DNA of 64,000 bases from Adineta vaga (Eukaryota > Animalia > Rotifera): contig CP075496.1 of NCBI GenBank assembly GCA_021613535.1, forward strand, positions 4,898,001-4,962,000, read 5' to 3'. Position 1 is the stretch's first letter. Every line of letters begins with the position of its first letter. Below, one piece after another: positions 63,921 to 64,000 of the stretch. The translations under genes were made by a program, and so were the position numbers. The notes below the pieces were generated by a model. It was not told where the DNA came from, searched no databases, and saw only the letters and a program-made list of their open reading frames with translations.

Positions 63921-64000
63921 GTGTCATCAATGATTATTTAAATAAAATTTTCAAATGCTGTTTAATTAATAGAGAATAAAAAATATTGAAATGAAACGAG

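Noticed and set aside
1-64000. CRISPR arrays, rRNA, SL RNA gene, intact mobile elements
   Set aside because: None recognised by eye. Most short ORFs in the track are antisense, intron read-through or low-complexity artefacts.

Overview
Eukaryotic, very AT-rich, gene-dense DNA with short (about 50-60 nt) GT-AG introns. It is most likely a bdelloid rotifer (Adineta/Rotaria-like). This is an inference from the bdelloid-typical F-box/LRR family at the right end, a D8C-domain gene and an intron-containing bacterial-type ohr among ordinary metazoan genes. I reconstructed about 25 gene models by eye, in order: GatA/QRSL1 (3' part), a type II D8C protein, a decayed Cys-rich/VWA gene, coactosin-like, FNIP, a putative peptide prohormone, ATAD5, UBL3, an NPR-type receptor guanylyl cyclase, an orphan gene, TOGARAM1, two tandem PRAF2/3 genes, BRD7/9, even-skipped, SRP9, tropomyosin, a CUB-trypsin protease, ohr, TPCN2, B4GAT1-like, ANAPC13, hexokinase, PRA1/RABAC1, a disrupted small secreted protein and an F-box/LRR pseudogene. 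The most striking unexplained structure is an operon-like run of six co-oriented minus-strand genes (50751-60463). Spacers are 29-270 nt, four of the five downstream genes have a splice acceptor at or just before the ATG, and the run ends in a probably horizontally acquired, mitochondrially targeted ohr. This suggests polycistronic transcription resolved by spliced-leader trans-splicing or bicistronic translation. Other highlights: an unrecognised disulfide-ring prohormone, phase-matched alternative first micro-exons in TOGARAM1 and tropomyosin, mutually exclusive tropomyosin exons, and an ATAD5 lacking the Walker A lysine. Several single-base frameshifts in the first 15 kb may be assembly errors. 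All family calls come from motif recognition; no database searches were run.
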